From Octopus bimaculoides (taxonomy: Eukaryota), in the NCBI RefSeq assembly GCF_001194135.2, contig NC_068990.1, forward strand, positions 31,790,286-31,854,285: DNA of 64,000 nucleotides, written 5' to 3'. Shown one piece after another: positions 38,790 through 52,657 of this stretch; within the stretch, counting starts at the first letter, position 1, and every line of letters starts with the position of its first letter. The translations under genes and the position numbers were made by a program. Below the pieces are notes generated by a model. That model saw only the letters and a program-made list of their open reading frames with translations. It was not told the origin of the DNA and ran no database searches.

Positions 38790-40530
38790 ACTTATTAGTT
38801 ACTAAAATGATAATTAGGAATTGTAGATGCAGATTGATGGGACCGAATGTAGCATGGTTAGATTACAAAAAAAGTATATGACATAATACTACATAGTTGG
38901 ACAAGTAAAGCAATGAACACATTTGGAGTGGCAGGAAATATGGAGAAAATGGTTGATGAAAGTATGAAACATTGGAATACTGAAGGAAAACAAAGGAATA
39001 CTGGAGGTAAACACAGACTTGGAAAAGTGAACATTAGACATGGAATATTTCAAGGTGATCGCATATCTCCATTACTATTTATATTGGCCATGATACCACT
39101 CAGTTTGATATTGGAAAAAGTTAAAACAGCTTATGATTTGGGAAAAGGATATGGTCGGATAAGTCATCTTTTTATGTGAAAAATGAGAAACAGCTTGAAA
39201 GTCTTATACTTACCATTCACATTTTCTCAAACGATGTAGGTATGGAATTTGGGATCAAAAAGTGTGCTTTGTTGAAAATGAAATGAAGAAAATTTGAAGG
39301 AAGCCAGGAAATCGAAATGCCAAATGGGCAAAGAGTGAAAGTGGTTGAAAAAGGACAGTGGTATAAGTATTTGGAGATATTGGAAACAGATGAAATAAAA
39401 CATGAAGAAATCATACAAATTATCAGTAGAGTGTATACAAGGAGAGTGAGAAAATTATTGCAGGCAGCTAAATTCAAAAAAATGTTATTGAAGCAATAAA
39501 TGCAAAAGCAGGAGTCCTAATCAAATGTGGAGTTGGAATTGTAGACTGGACCAAAAGCAATGTACAGAAACTTTACAGAAAAAGTAGGAAGCTGTGGACA
39601 ATGTATGGAGCCCTCCATCCAAAAGCTGATATCAAACAGCTGTACCTGAAGAGAGACCAGTGTGGAAGAGGTTTAATTACCTACCAGAATATTTACAGAA
39701 CAGCCCAGAGAAATTACTAAAGATAGTGAATAAGGAACACGTAATCAATTGTGGAATAGGAGAAAAAGACAAGAATAAAATTCAGAGTGCATGTTAGAGA
39801 TAAGTGAAAGCTCTGCACGGTCAATTTTGGAGTGCCACTGCAGATGCATGTGAAACAAAATCCTGGCTTCATTAAAAAAGGGGCAGTTAAAAAAAAGAAA
39901 CAGAGAGCCTAGCTGTAGCAGTCCAGGATCATGTGATAAAAACAAATAATTTGAGGGAAAGTGTATATGGGGAGAATGTGTCAGAAAAATGTAGAGTCTG
40001 TGGAACTTGGAATGAGATAGTGACACACATTGTTGCAGAATGTCCCAAGATGACACAGGAAGAATATAAGAAATGGAGACATGACCAAGTTTTAAAAGTT
40101 TTACTCTGGAAGCTTTGTCAGAAATGGGGATTTGATGCTGGAGACACATGGTATGAACATTGGGTCAAAAGAGAATTGTAAGATTTTGTGGGACTTTCCT
40201 ATTCAAACAGACAAGGAGCTAGAAAATAATGGACCAGACATAATAATAATAGACAAAGAAAACCAAAGTTGCTTACTAATTGAGTCATCCAGGATCATAA
40301 AGAAAGAAGATGAAAAATAAAAAAATACAATACCTTACAATTTGAAATTGCAAGAATTAGGAATATGAAAACTGTAAAGGTTGCGCCTATAGTAATTGGT
40401 GCATGGGAACTGTAAGCAAAGATATAGACAAATGGTTGAAGGAGATTGGAATAAAATGTCCTGTAGAGCTTCTAGAGAAAGTTTTCCTCTTAGGGAAAGA
40501 AAGATTATCAGGAAGATCTTAAGCATTTGA
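38790..40530 (+). mobile_element. R4/Dong-clade non-LTR retrotransposon, degraded RT + CCHC + RLE
   Basis: VNIRHGIFQGDRISPLLFILAMIPLS, ISHLFM, CRVCGTWNEIVTHIVAEC at 39990, RHDQV, KILWDFPIQTDKELENNGPDIIII. Many stops and frameshifts. Confidence 0.9.
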
Positions 40531-40549
40531 AAGACTATTGAAAGCTTGT

Positions 40550-40552
<3 letters not shown>

Positions 40553-40629
<77 letters not shown>
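40553..40629. repeat. (AT)n microsatellite (representative of many; also (AC)n 36901-36962, (GATA)n 42054-42092, (GA)n 61489-61526)
   Basis: Read directly. Confidence 0.95.
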
Positions 40630-40634
<5 letters not shown>

Positions 40635-40931
40635 TCAACTTACATTGAAAGTCAACAAAGTTTGCTTTAGAAGCATTGAGATGTATTGAAAGATACAGGT
40701 AAGGAAATAAATTTTATTCTCAAACGCAGGATAATGCTAATAATATAGCATGAATAGGATAAACTATCCAGGTTTTGCAGAAAGTTTGTCAGCAGTCAGA
40801 TTTTTTTCTGTAAAACATGGATAGTTTATCCAGTTCATGCTATATTATTAGCATTATCCTGCGTTTGAGAATAAAATTATTTCCTAATCTGTATCTTATA
40901 CACACACACACACATACACACACACACACAT

Positions 40932-40969
<38 letters not shown>

Positions 40970-42053
40970 TTAGTATTGGATTTATATTTTAGCTTTTTGC
41001 CCCTCATGTTTTGTAACAGCCCTCTGTATAACATGTTTTCTCACTGCCAATATAGAAGATATTATTTATTGCTTTTTTTATTTTATATTATGAACTTTGT
41101 TTCATTTTTTTCTATGAACTACACTAACAAGATAAAATCTCTGTAATCAGTACAGACTTTGAAATCTGATGCAAGTAGTAGTAACTAGAGGGATAGGGAG
41201 AGGGGGTAGAAGTAGGTGATTGGAAGAGGAGGAGTGGGCTTAGACATAAGATAGAAGAATGGATTAAATCAGATTAGCACAATTATTATAATGATAATGA
41301 CAATAACAGCGTTAAAGGTGTTGTTGTCATTGTTGCTGTTACTTGTTATGGTGGTGGTGGTTTTGGCAATGGTGGTGGCGGCGGCGGTGGTGGTTGGGGT
41401 GGCAGTGGTGGTCTTGATGGTGGTGATGATGACCTGAAACCCTCACCCTATTCACCTCAGATTAAAAACAGTAAAGTAGCCAGAAAAGTGTAGTAGGGTT
41501 TAAAACAGAAGAAGAGGAAATATTAAAGCAGCTATTCTTGTTCTCTTGCATCCGAGTTTATCCATCTACTACTACTACTACTACTACTAATGCTACTGCT
41601 GTTGCTGCTGCTGCTGCTGTAACTTGTTCTTGTTTTTTTTTCTCTATCTGTTCTTTACACTATCATGTCTGTCTCTTCATACAGGACCTCCCAAAGTACT
41701 TTTCTACATGCACACACACACACAAGCGCGCGCGTGCGCGCGTGTGTGTATGCATGTAAATAATCATCAAAGTTCCTTCACAAGCCATAAGCTCTAAAGT
41801 CCCTTCCCCAGATTCTGTAGCATATGCATTCTATCCCTAGATGGGATGCTAGTCCACTGCAGAATTACTCAGTTTTGCCAGTTGAGTGGACTGGAGCAAT
41901 GTGAAATGAAGTGTTTTGTTCAAGAACACACTGCAGCACCCAGTCCAGGAATTGAAACCACAATCTTAGGATCATGACTGCAATGCCCTAACTACATGCC
42001 TCCATAAATAAATAGATTATTATATATATATATATATATATNNNNNNNNNNNN

Positions 42054-42092
<39 letters not shown>

Positions 42093-42419
42093 TTACATTC
42101 AGATATATATGAAGACTATGCTGGTATGGTCACATGATGCATATGGATGAGGACAGCAGTATAAATAGCTTTTTGTTTTACTGTTGTTTGCAAGCAAGAT
42201 CCTACTTCAAAATACAAATGCTCTAATAAGATCCATGCCTTTTGTAAAGCAGGTATCAAGGTTATTACAAACATATATAGAAGACTCTTGCATCTGTGTA
42301 CTGTTAATTTTTCTCCAGCTTATACTTGCTATGAAAACAGCAAATGTTTTGGTGCAGCTATAGTTCATCTTAATTTTTTTTCTATTAGATAACTTTCTGT
42401 GTTTATATTCCATGGGGAA

Positions 42420-43270
42420 ATAAGGATTTATAAGATTTATAAAAATCTTAGCAATGCTGGATCAAACTACTATACTATATGGTTTTTATTTTCACTAACA
42501 ATGTTCTTCCCATCACAGTCAAAGAACTTGCATCTGTACTACTCAAACTTCTTAATCTCACACTCTCTATAACGCTATACCATGACATTTGGAAGCATGT
42601 TTTAATGTGTCTTATTCCATACAAAGGCAACACCACTGACATTATTGACAATATTGTCCTATTTCTCTTAATTCTGATATCTTTAAGGTAATGAAAACAG
42701 TCATTAACAATGACTTTTGCCAACATCTTGAATCTCTCCTTTCTCTTCTCAGGGACTACCAGTAATATTTCCACAAAGCCTATCTGTTTATATTCAGTGG
42801 AGGTTTATCTGTTTATATCACTTACTCATGGGCTTTTAGTTGAGGTGAAAACAATGTTATTGTACCAAGTATCAGTAAATCCTTCAACCATATCTAGAAA
42901 GCAGATCTCCTATCAAAGCTTCCCATATACAGGCTCCACCTATCAGATTACACCATCATGGTATACATTGACAGAGCTTTTGCTGACACTCTCTGAATTA
43001 ATTTTGGTGTACACATAGGTACTGTTTTGAGCTCTACTCACTTCCTTTTATATATCAATGACCTAGTTATGGCCACATTCAACAATGCCCACTCTTATGC
43101 AAATGATGCAACCATACAACCACACATCACCCACATACAGCCCTGACACCTCATGCCAAACTTGCATTGATTCCATGAACAGAGATCTTTTGAGCATCCT
43201 TGACGGGTGGGGAGAGGACTATGCCAATCCAATCTCATTTAAGAAGGAAATAAAACACTATTCAAATGAG
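42420..43270 (+). mobile_element. CR1/Jockey-like LINE RT fragment, heavily degraded
   Basis: WKHVLMCLIPYKG.., CPISLNSDIFKVMKTVIN..QHLES, GVHIGTVLSSTHFLLYINDL (GVPQGSVLSP..FLLYINDL-like). Confidence 0.65.
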
Positions 43271-43679
43271 GAAAATACAACAACACACGCCTGACAATGA
43301 CAGGATACTCTGCTAGTGTATATATATATGTGTAGATGTGTGTGTGTGTGTGTGTGTGTGGAGCAACTCAAAACAACACTGAAGGCCACTGGACTTGAGC
43401 CTAAATTGTTTAAAACACAAGCCTGAGACCATACCAAGTGACAGTGTTCCATCACCATTGGAACCAAAACTTTGCAGCCACCAAAAGAGAAAAGGAAGAA
43501 ATCGACAGGAGGGAAAGGCTCGGCAAAATCAACCCCATCCTCCATCAACTCTTCTGTGCAAGAATTGGCCTACAGAGTCATTGACAACATCACCATAAAG
43601 GAAGCATTCAGTAAAGAAGAAAATACTTGGACACGAGATAAAGCAGACAACAGTGTGTGTGTGTGGTAATTGTCAGTTC

Positions 43680-44560
43680 TTTACAAGTGAAGACCATCTC
43701 TTCAATTAATAGCGCCATAATGATTTCTCATATGACTAGCAAGTATGGCTTTGGCCAATCAGACTCTTTTGCGGATGATACAGACATTTTCTGGCTGAGA
43801 GTGTCTAGGATTGAGGTCAAGTCCTGATCACAAAGTGCTCGTTTGGAGATTTGAAGAGCATTTGATTTTTCATGTTTTAAATACTTTACAACCATTGTAG
43901 ATCATTTCTTTCCAAACCAATCAATTTCCTGCCATCTGTCACTATTTTTCTCAACATCCTCAGTAAGAGCCTCAAGGTTGTTTTTGACAACATCCCTAAA
44001 GTATCTCCTAGGTTTATGCCTGGGACGTTTACAACATTGCAACTGCCTGTAAAACAACTGCCCGAGTAACCTGTCATCCCTCATCCCAGTAAGATTCCCA
44101 TCCTAATGCATCTAATTATATGAAGAGCATCTCAATACTGGATGAGTTGACTTGCTGAAGAACATTGTCTGGTGTTAGAGATTGGTATTTGATGTTTAAG
44201 ATCTTCCTAAGGCAAGTTTGATGGAATCTTCCCAAGGTTTTGTTGTGACAATGATATATAAGTCCCAGTTTCAGAAGAGAATAAAAGAGTAGTTAAGACA
44301 CACGATTCATAGATGCTGAGCTTGGTTTTTGATGATGGTGCTTCTCAGACCACACATGGTTTTTAAGCTTGCAGAAGGCATTGCTGGATTTTTTGATCCT
44401 CAGATTTATTTCAGGATCAAGTGATCCATGTCTAGAGAAAGTGCTGCTGACGTAGATAAAAGAGCCAATCACATCCAAACTTGAATCTTGACCTAGTAGT
44501 GAAGAGAAATGACCTTTATCTTCTTCTGACTGATGTTAAGTCCAAAAGCAGTGCATGCTC
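43680..44560 (-). mobile_element. RTE/BovB-like LINE 3' part, degraded
   Basis: SFIYVSSTFS..LDPEINLRIKKSSNAF, HQTCLRKILNI, MRDDRLLGQLFY..KRPRHKPRRYFRDVVK, and a terminal ASHMR-type motif. Confidence 0.8.
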
Positions 44561-45590
44561 TAGAGAAGAGATCCATTGTGTGTGTGTGTGTGTGTTTGAA
44601 CACGTATGTGTGTGTACACACACTTCTGCACACTCTTCCCTTTTCAAATTCCATTCAACGGTTATTGGTCAACACAAAATAGTTAAGGACACTTGTACAC
44701 AATGTCATAAAGTGAGACTGAACGCATGATAGTATGTATTTGAAATGAACTTCTGGACCACAGTTATGCCTGTACGCCAAGCATACAACAAGGCCTGATT
44801 TCACACATGCACACAGACACACACACACACACATCATTTCCTTTGCATTATTCATCCACTTTGTCTTGTCTCTCTCTCTCTCTCCCCCTCTCCCTCTCTC
44901 TCGTCTTCAACTACAACCATCTATTTCATGACCAATGCATTTCCTTCTCACTTATTCCCCGGTCCTTCAGATTTCTATCTGATGTGAAGTAGTTATGTAA
45001 GTGGCTAGTTTCAAGCCCAAATTTTCTTGAAATCTAACCTCAAAAATACATACATCCGACATACAAGCAAGTATAAATACTTAAATATATGTGCGTATTT
45101 ATGTTTTCTATTTCCTTTTTTTCTTTTATTTTCCATTTTTTCATATAATTATTTCAAGTGCTAAAATGATGGTGCCTACAAAAATAAGATAAATTGCATT
45201 CAATGGAAAACATGAACGTTGAGTAGAAAGAAGATAATATTCTGCAAAACATTTTTTATAACAATCATAATGTTTCTTATATTAGCTACAAGGCCAATGA
45301 AAATCATTACTAAGTAACAAATAGATAGACAAAGACAATGGGAAAATAACCAAATAAAAAAAAACCTAACCAGCAACAACTACTGAGGCTCAAACTGTAC
45401 TAAATACATAAATGTAAAACATAAAATGCATAAATATTATATGCACCAATTTATAGGCATATAACTTTTGTATATGTATATATGTATACATAAGTATGAA
45501 TGTGTATGTGAAGTGTAGACATACATCTATAAACCTACATATACACATATACTGCATATATATATATATGTGTATGTATGTATGTATGTA

Positions 45591-45628
<38 letters not shown>

Positions 45629-45688
45629 NNNNNNNNNNNNNNNNNNNNNNNNNNNNNNNNNNNNNNNNNNNNNNNNNNNNNNNNNNNN

Positions 45689-45722
<34 letters not shown>

Positions 45723-46865
45723 TACATATATGTATGGTGTGTGTGGGGGTGTATTTGTGTGTATACATATGAATGTGTGTGTGCGTGTGTGTGTGTGTCG
45801 ATCTATATTTTATTAACTACATCATTAAAATCAATATTATGGTTTGACGCCAGTATCTAGTTAAAGTCAGCTCCGGTGGGATTTGAACTCAATGAAGAGT
45901 AATAGTGAACACTGTAAATATTGATTACTTTCAGTTGCACATGATTAAATGTATGTCGGATAATTGGAAGCTTCATTGCATTGACCCCTCAGTATATATC
46001 TAGTACTGGTTCTATTAATTTTAAATTTCTTAAATTCTTATTTTATTAAACATTCTTGATACCACCCTGCTCAAAACTGCCTCTGGTCTTAGAATACAGT
46101 GTCATCTGTTTTAAAATGTTTATATTTATATGTACTGTATTAATTTTATATAAAAACATTTTGTTAAGTTATGTAATAAGTATATTAATATTGGAGAAGT
46201 TAATTATTTTATGAAATCACCTCCAACTATATGATTATTTTTTATACTTAATTATAAATGTAGAAGCATCCAGTGCACATGGTAAAGTGATTGACATTGG
46301 GATGAGCATCCAACTCTAGAAACCATGGCAAAGCAGACACTGGAGCACGATGCAGTCCTTCAACTCACAGGATCCTTGTCAAACCGTCCAACCCATGCAA
46401 GCATGATGACATCAGCATTAAATGATGATGATGATGACGATGACAACAAAGACGTTGAACAGTTGTGGCTATAGGCACAGGATGGCTGAGGGGTAAAATG
46501 TTTCCATCACATGGCTCTGGGTTCAGTCCCATTGCATTGTACCTTTGGCAAGTATCTTTTACTATACCTCTGGACGGACCAACCAAAGCCTTGTGAGTGG
46601 ATTTAGTAGATGGAGACCAAAAGAAACTTATCATACATGTGTGTGTGTATTACTATTTCCTTGCCTTGACATCACATGATAGTTGTGACCAAGTGTCACC
46701 ATGGTGCAAGGAGTATCCTTCACTAACAAATTCCTGTGAAAACATATCTGACTGTGGGGAAACATTACTTTATTTGGAAATAAGTGAGGCTTGGTGACAG
46801 GAAGGGCATCCAACTGTAGAAAATCCACTTCAACAAATTCTGTGTGACCTATGCAAGCATAGAAA

Positions 46866-47092
46866 ATGATGAAGATGATGATGATGCTAATGATGATGAT
46901 GATGCTAATGATGATGCTGACAATGACAATGACAATGTTGATGCTAATGATGTTGATGATGACGACAATGATGATGATACTAAGGATGATGACAATGATG
47001 ACGACGATGACGATGATGCTAATGATGATGATGACGACGATGACGACAATAATGATGATGATGATGATGATGATGATGACGACAATGATGAT
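46866..47092 (+). repeat. Compound (GAT/GAC/AAT)n triplet expansion following an RTE-type tail
   Basis: Begins directly after ggaagggcatccaactgtagaaa..gcaagcatagaaaatgatg. Confidence 0.85.
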
Positions 47093-47290
47093 ACTGTTCT
47101 ATAATTGCACACAGGCATATAATGTAATGGTTAAGAGTGTGGGCTACTAAACCTAAGATTGCAAGTTCAATTCCAGGCAGTACCTTGAATAAATAATAAT
47201 AATAATAATAATAATAATAGTAGTAGTAACATCAACAAAAATATACCTTAGGAATGAGAACCCAGGGTTGGGTTCAAAATTTTACCAGGA

Positions 47291-47332
47291 CACCTGATGA
47301 AGGCTGGAGAGTAAATCAGCCGAAATATTGTG
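47291..47332 (+). ncRNA. Minimal type I hammerhead ribozyme in a Penelope-type terminal repeat
   Basis: CAC-CUGAUGA(47294-47300)-A-GGCUG/CAGCC stem II-GAAA(47322-47325)-palindromic AAUAUU with AUU triplet-GUG. Activity is untested. Confidence 0.7.
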
Positions 47333-47385
47333 GTAACAACAAACAAGATTAGGATATATATCCATCTAATGTAAATAATGTAAAC

Positions 47386-47900
47386 GATGATGATGAAGTT
47401 AATGACAATGATAACGATGATGATGAAGACAACGATGATGATGCTGATGACAATGATGACGAAGACGATGATGACAAAGACGACGATGACAAAGACGACG
47501 ATGACAAAGACGACGATGACAAAGACGATGATGACGATGACAAAGATGACGATGACGATGACAAAGACGACAATGATGATGACAATGACAAAGACAACGA
47601 TGATGATGATGACGATGACAAAGACGACGATGACGAAGACGATGATGACAATGACGAAGACGATGATGACGATGATGAAGATGATGATGATGATGACAAA
47701 GACGACGATGACAAAGACGACAATGACAAAGACAACGATGACGATGACAAAGACGACGATGACAAAGACGACGATGACAAAGACGACGATGACAAAGACG
47801 ACGATGACAAAGATGACGATGACGAAAATGATGATGCTAGTGACAATGATGACGATGATGACAACAATGCTGCCACTCATGCTGCCGATGACAACAATGC
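47386..47900 (+). repeat. Long Asp-type triplet repeat with a higher-order 15-bp unit GACGACGATGACAAA
   Basis: Read directly. The Asp-rich frame is open from 47353 to 47931 but has no start codon. Confidence 0.9.
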
Positions 47901-48239
47901 CGACAACTTGCACATTTTTTCAGAAATATAGTTCCAGAAGGGTTCATAGATTTCTAATGGGATCACAATGCCACAAATTCAGAAGAGGGCATAGTCTTGT
48001 CAATCAATTAAAACAACTTTCATTCTTGCTTTGAAACAAACAGCTCAGGAAGGATGGAAAGTAAGTAAGTAATACAAGGTATTTTTTTACAAGGCTCTGC
48101 AGATTCTGACAGTCACATGTGTGTCGTTTAATGAATATTGTAAATATTACTGATTGTGATGGGGGGGGGGGAGAAATAAGAGAAGAAGAGGACTAATTTT
48201 TTTTAGGGACAAAAACCTGAGGCTAAAAGCCATAGCAAT

Positions 48240-48650
48240 GACAGCAACAACAACAACAACAGTACTGTCAACAAACTGCATTTTTTGTGTCAATAATAAC
48301 ATCTAGCATGGAAGTTAGTGGTAACGGCAACATCAGTAGCAACAACAACAACAACAACAACAACAAAAACAGCATCAACAACGACGGCAACAACATCAAC
48401 AGGAGCAACCGCAGCAATATCAGTCATAATATAAGACACCTTAGTAATACCAGTGACAACAATAACAGCAAATAATATACAACGCAACAGTATCAACCAT
48501 CATCATCATTGTTATCAGCAGCAGCAGCAGCACCACCACCACCACCACCAACGACAACAACAACAAACATTAAGAACAATAAACTATAGCAATCATTAGC
48601 AGCAGCAACTAGCAACAACAACAACAACAACAATAACAGCAGCAACAAGA
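48240..48650 (+). repeat. Mixed (AAC)/(AGC)/(ACC) triplet low-complexity region
   Basis: Read directly. Confidence 0.85.
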
Positions 48651-49772
48651 AGATTAGTGGAAAAAATTTTTTTTTAAATATAGAAGTACAAACGATATAT
48701 TAAAACAAAGCAAGAAATGACACACATGTACATGCACACATGCAAATACACACACACACACATACATACACACACACACACACACACTCACACGCACATA
48801 TAAATACACTGTCACGCACATGTGCCACCAACTAAAAAATTTCATCAATCCAACAGCTTACTCTTAATACTACAAATAATATTAAATAGTGTCAGCTTGA
48901 ATAGGCTCTGAATACTCATGGAGTAAAATACTTGATTATGAAGAGGGTTACTTTGTTGCCAGATAAATTTGTACATGACTGGTAGAAGAGACCTGGCTAT
49001 CAAAACCTCTCACTCACTTTCTCTCCCTATCTCTCCTTATCTCTCTCTCTACCTCTCACTCATTCACTCACCCAGTAGATAATGAAATGGTCAGATACCA
49101 GCTTGAAACAACAGGTAGGTTCATTGAGGAGCACCTCTACTTTCCTTATTTGTTTTTCCCTTCTATATACCACTTCTTTCAGTTTTCTTTCCTCAACAAT
49201 TATTTTCATTTGTTTCCTTTTTTGTTTCCTATTTTTTTCCCCCAATTCTTTCAAAATTTTTTATTATCTTTCTTTCTTTTTTTCTTATTTCATGCAACTT
49301 TTTTCACTTCCCATTATCAATACTACTACCATCATTACCACCACCACCACCACCAAACACCACTAACACCACCACCACTACCAATACCACCGCCACCACC
49401 ATCATCTTCATTGGGTCTTGACCACTTTAATAATCAGAAATCTTTTTGAACGATAGATTATCCTTACTGACTAGAGGGGAGGAGATCGAAAGTTGTTTAC
49501 GTAGCTTATATACAGTTCCCCAAATGGTCGGAATGACGACAAGTGGGAATCAAACATGAAGCAACAGACTAGCTTATTATCTACACCAGGCCCCTCATAA
49601 CTACCACCATTTGTGCTATTCATACAACAGCTGGTTATAAACCGCTCACCACAGGTTCAAGTCCTTTCCTTCACACCTCATCTTACAACACTAGCATATT
49701 AAGAGACTAGCAGAGATTGCACCATGAACGCTCTGTAAATTAGGGGTTTACTCTAAAATTTTAATGTACATA

Positions 49773-50140
49773 GGCACAGGTATGGCTGTGTGGTAAGAAG
49801 CTTGTTTCTTAACCACATGGCACCTTGGGCAAGTGTCTTCTACTATAGCCTCAGGCTGATCAAAGCCTTGAGTGGATTTGATAGACGGAAACTGAAAGAA
49901 GCCCGTCATGTGTGTGTATGTGTCTTTGTGTCTGCATTTGTTCCCCCATTACCACTTGACAACTGGTGTTGATGTGTTTATGTTCCGGTAACTTAGTGAT
50001 TTGGTAAAAAGAGACCAATCGAATAAGTACTAGACTTTAAAAAATTAATAAGTCCTGGGGTCAATTTGTTTGACTAAAACCCTTCAAGGTGGCACTCCAG
50101 CATGGCCGCAGTGAAATGCCTGAAACAAGTAAGAGAATAA
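49773..50140 (+). mobile_element. SINE family A, near full length
   Basis: ggcacaggtatggctgtgtggtaagaagcttg..gcctgaaacaagtaagagaata. Confidence 0.85.
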
Positions 50141-50998
50141 CGGAATACCATGACACATGCCAAGCCATACTTAAAACACACCAATAATCCTTCCTCATTC
50201 ACACATACACACACATGCACAAATATTGTGAAATAAGCTGTTATACTGTAAAGTACCCAATCATATAACAAAAGTTATAGGGACCCAAGGACCTAATTCT
50301 TTGCGCCATTGCCTTAATCACTGAAGCTCATTCATCTACAAACCAGTCAACACCTGCCTACCCTATCAAATGAAAAGCAATATTTATATGTATAAATATA
50401 TACATCTACTTTTCTCCTCCCCTCTTTCTCTCCCTTTCTCTCTCAATTTTCTTCTTTTATTTTTTTTACTCTCGATCACCCTATTTATCACCATTTATCT
50501 GTTTACCTTTAGACAGAACAACAAAAATACAAATCAGTTNNNNNNNNNNNNNNNNNNNNNNNNNNNNNNNNNNNNNNNNNNNNNNNNNNNNNNNNNNNNN
50601 NNNNNNNNNNNNNNNNNNNNNNNNNNNNNNNNNNNNNNNNNNNNNNNNNNNNNNNNNNNNNNNNNNNNNNNNNNNNNNNNNNNNNNNNNNNNNNNNNNNN
50701 NNNNNNNNNNNNNNNNNNNNNNNNNNNNNNNNNNNNNNNNNNNNNNNNNNNNNNNNNNNNNNNNNNNNNNNNNNNNNNNNNNNNNNNNNNNNNNNNNNNN
50801 NNNNNNNNNNNNNNNNNNNNNNNNNNNNNNNNNNNNNNNNNNNNNNNNNNNNNNNNNNNNNNNNNNNNNNNNNNNNNNNNNNNNNNNNNNNNNNNNNNNN
50901 NNAAGAAATTATTCTTAAATATACATAAATAAACACACACACACACACACACAGAGACAAACATAGGCACACAGAAACATAAATATACAGAGAGAGTT

Positions 50999-51036
<38 letters not shown>

Positions 51037-51090
51037 TCTATATCGACACACACATAAAGATACATTTATGTTTCTCTCTCAAAACCAAAC

Positions 51091-51174
51091 ATGGAAGTAA
51101 AACTTATCATGATATATTTTGGATTAATTTATCTGGGAGTTCTGCTGCCAAAAACCTTGTCAGAAGGAAAACAG
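51091..51174 (+). CDS. Probable first coding exon of a secreted protein (signal peptide)
   Basis: accaaacATG, MEVKLIMIYFGLIYLGVLLPKTLSEGKQ, then a consensus donor CAG|GTAAGT at 51175. Typical n/h/c signal-peptide layout, with likely cleavage after TLS. Downstream exons not established. Confidence 0.6.
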
Positions 51175-51424
51175 GTAAGTAATATTTTCATATTAATTTC
51201 TTTTAACATTACAATTTGTTGAAACATCACCTTGTGTTGTGTGGTATATTGTAGATCTGTACGATTTAGTGTGGTGCAGAGCTGTATAGTTTAGTTGTAC
51301 TCTCTATGTTAATGTAGTGGTCATGAATCAAATGAAGGGAATTTTGTTTGTTTCACTATATGAAATGCATAGGCACACATATATATTATATTTGTATATA
51401 ATATATTATATATATATAATATAT

Positions 51425-52176
51425 GGAGGCACAATGGCCCAGTGGTCAGGGCAGCAGACTTGCGGTCATAGGATCGCAGTTTCGAATCCCAGACCGGGCA
51501 TTGTGAGTGTTTATTGAGCAAAAACACCTAAAGCTCCACGAGGCTCCGGCAGTGGGTGGTGGTAAACCCTGCTGTACTCTTTCACCACAACTTTCTCTCA
51601 CTTTTACTTCCTGTTTCTGTTGTGCCTGTAATTCAAAGGGCCAGCCTTGTCACACTGTGTCACGCTGAATATCCCCGAGAACTACGTTAAGGGTACACGT
51701 GTCTGTGGAGTGCTCAGCCACTTGTACATTAATTTGATGAGCAGGCTGTTCCATTGATCGGATCAACTGGAACCGTCGACGTTGTAAGCAACGGAGTGCC
51801 AACAACAACAATATAATATATATATTAAGGTGCATATAGATATGAAGGCACATGGCTCAGTGGTTAGAGCATCGAGCTTACAATCATAAGGTTGTGAGTT
51901 CGAATCCCGGACTGGGCTGCGTGTTGTGTTCTTGAGCAAGACACCTTAGATCACGTTGCTCCAGTTCACTCAGCTGTAGAAATGAGTTGCGACGTCACAG
52001 GTGCCAAGCTGTATCGGCCTTTGCCTTTCCCTTGGATAACACTGGTGGCGTGGAGAGGGGAGGCCGGTATACATGGGCGACTGCTTGTCTTCCATAAGCA
52101 ACCTTCCCGGACTTGTGCCTTGGAGGGTAACTTTCTAGGTGCAATCCCATAGTCAGTCATGACCGAAGGGAGTCTC
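51425..52176 (+). mobile_element. Two tandem tRNA-headed SINEs (family D variants)
   Basis: Heads ggcacaatggcccagtggtc..tttcgaatccc (51427) and ggcacatggctcagtggttaga..gttcgaatccc (51846), each followed by a ttgagcaa.acac CORE-like body. Confidence 0.8.
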
Positions 52177-52179
52177 AGC

Positions 52180-52228
<49 letters not shown>

Positions 52229-52512
52229 TATATATATAATATAATATATATATAATTGAATNNNNNNNNNNNNNNNNNNNNNNNNNNNNNNNNNNNNNNN
52301 NNNNNNNNNNNNNNNNNNNNNNNNNNNNNNNNNNNNNNNNNNNNNNNNNNNNNNNNNNNNNNNNNNNNNNNNNNNNNNNNNNNNNNNNNNNNNNNNNNNN
52401 NNNNNNNNNNNNNNNNNNNNNNNNNNNNNNNNNNNNNNNNNNNNNNNNNNNNNNNNNNNNNNNNNNNNNNNNNNNNNNNNNNNNNNNNNNNNNNNNNNNN
52501 NNNNNNNNNNNN

Positions 52513-52559
<47 letters not shown>

Positions 52560-52657
52560 TATATATATAATATATATATATATATAATATAATATATATA
52601 TAATTGAATACAATTTTGTCAACAAAAAGGAGTACAGTTAGACAGCTACTTAATAAA

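Noticed and set aside
41278-41493. Gly-rich open frame (YGGGGFGNGGG..GWGG)
   Set aside because: No Met or credible splice sites; explained by drifted (GTT)/(GGT) triplet repeats, which are common in this window.
47248-48034. Long ORFs of 175-221 aa rich in M/T, S or V/I
   Set aside because: Alternative and antisense frames of the triplet repeat.
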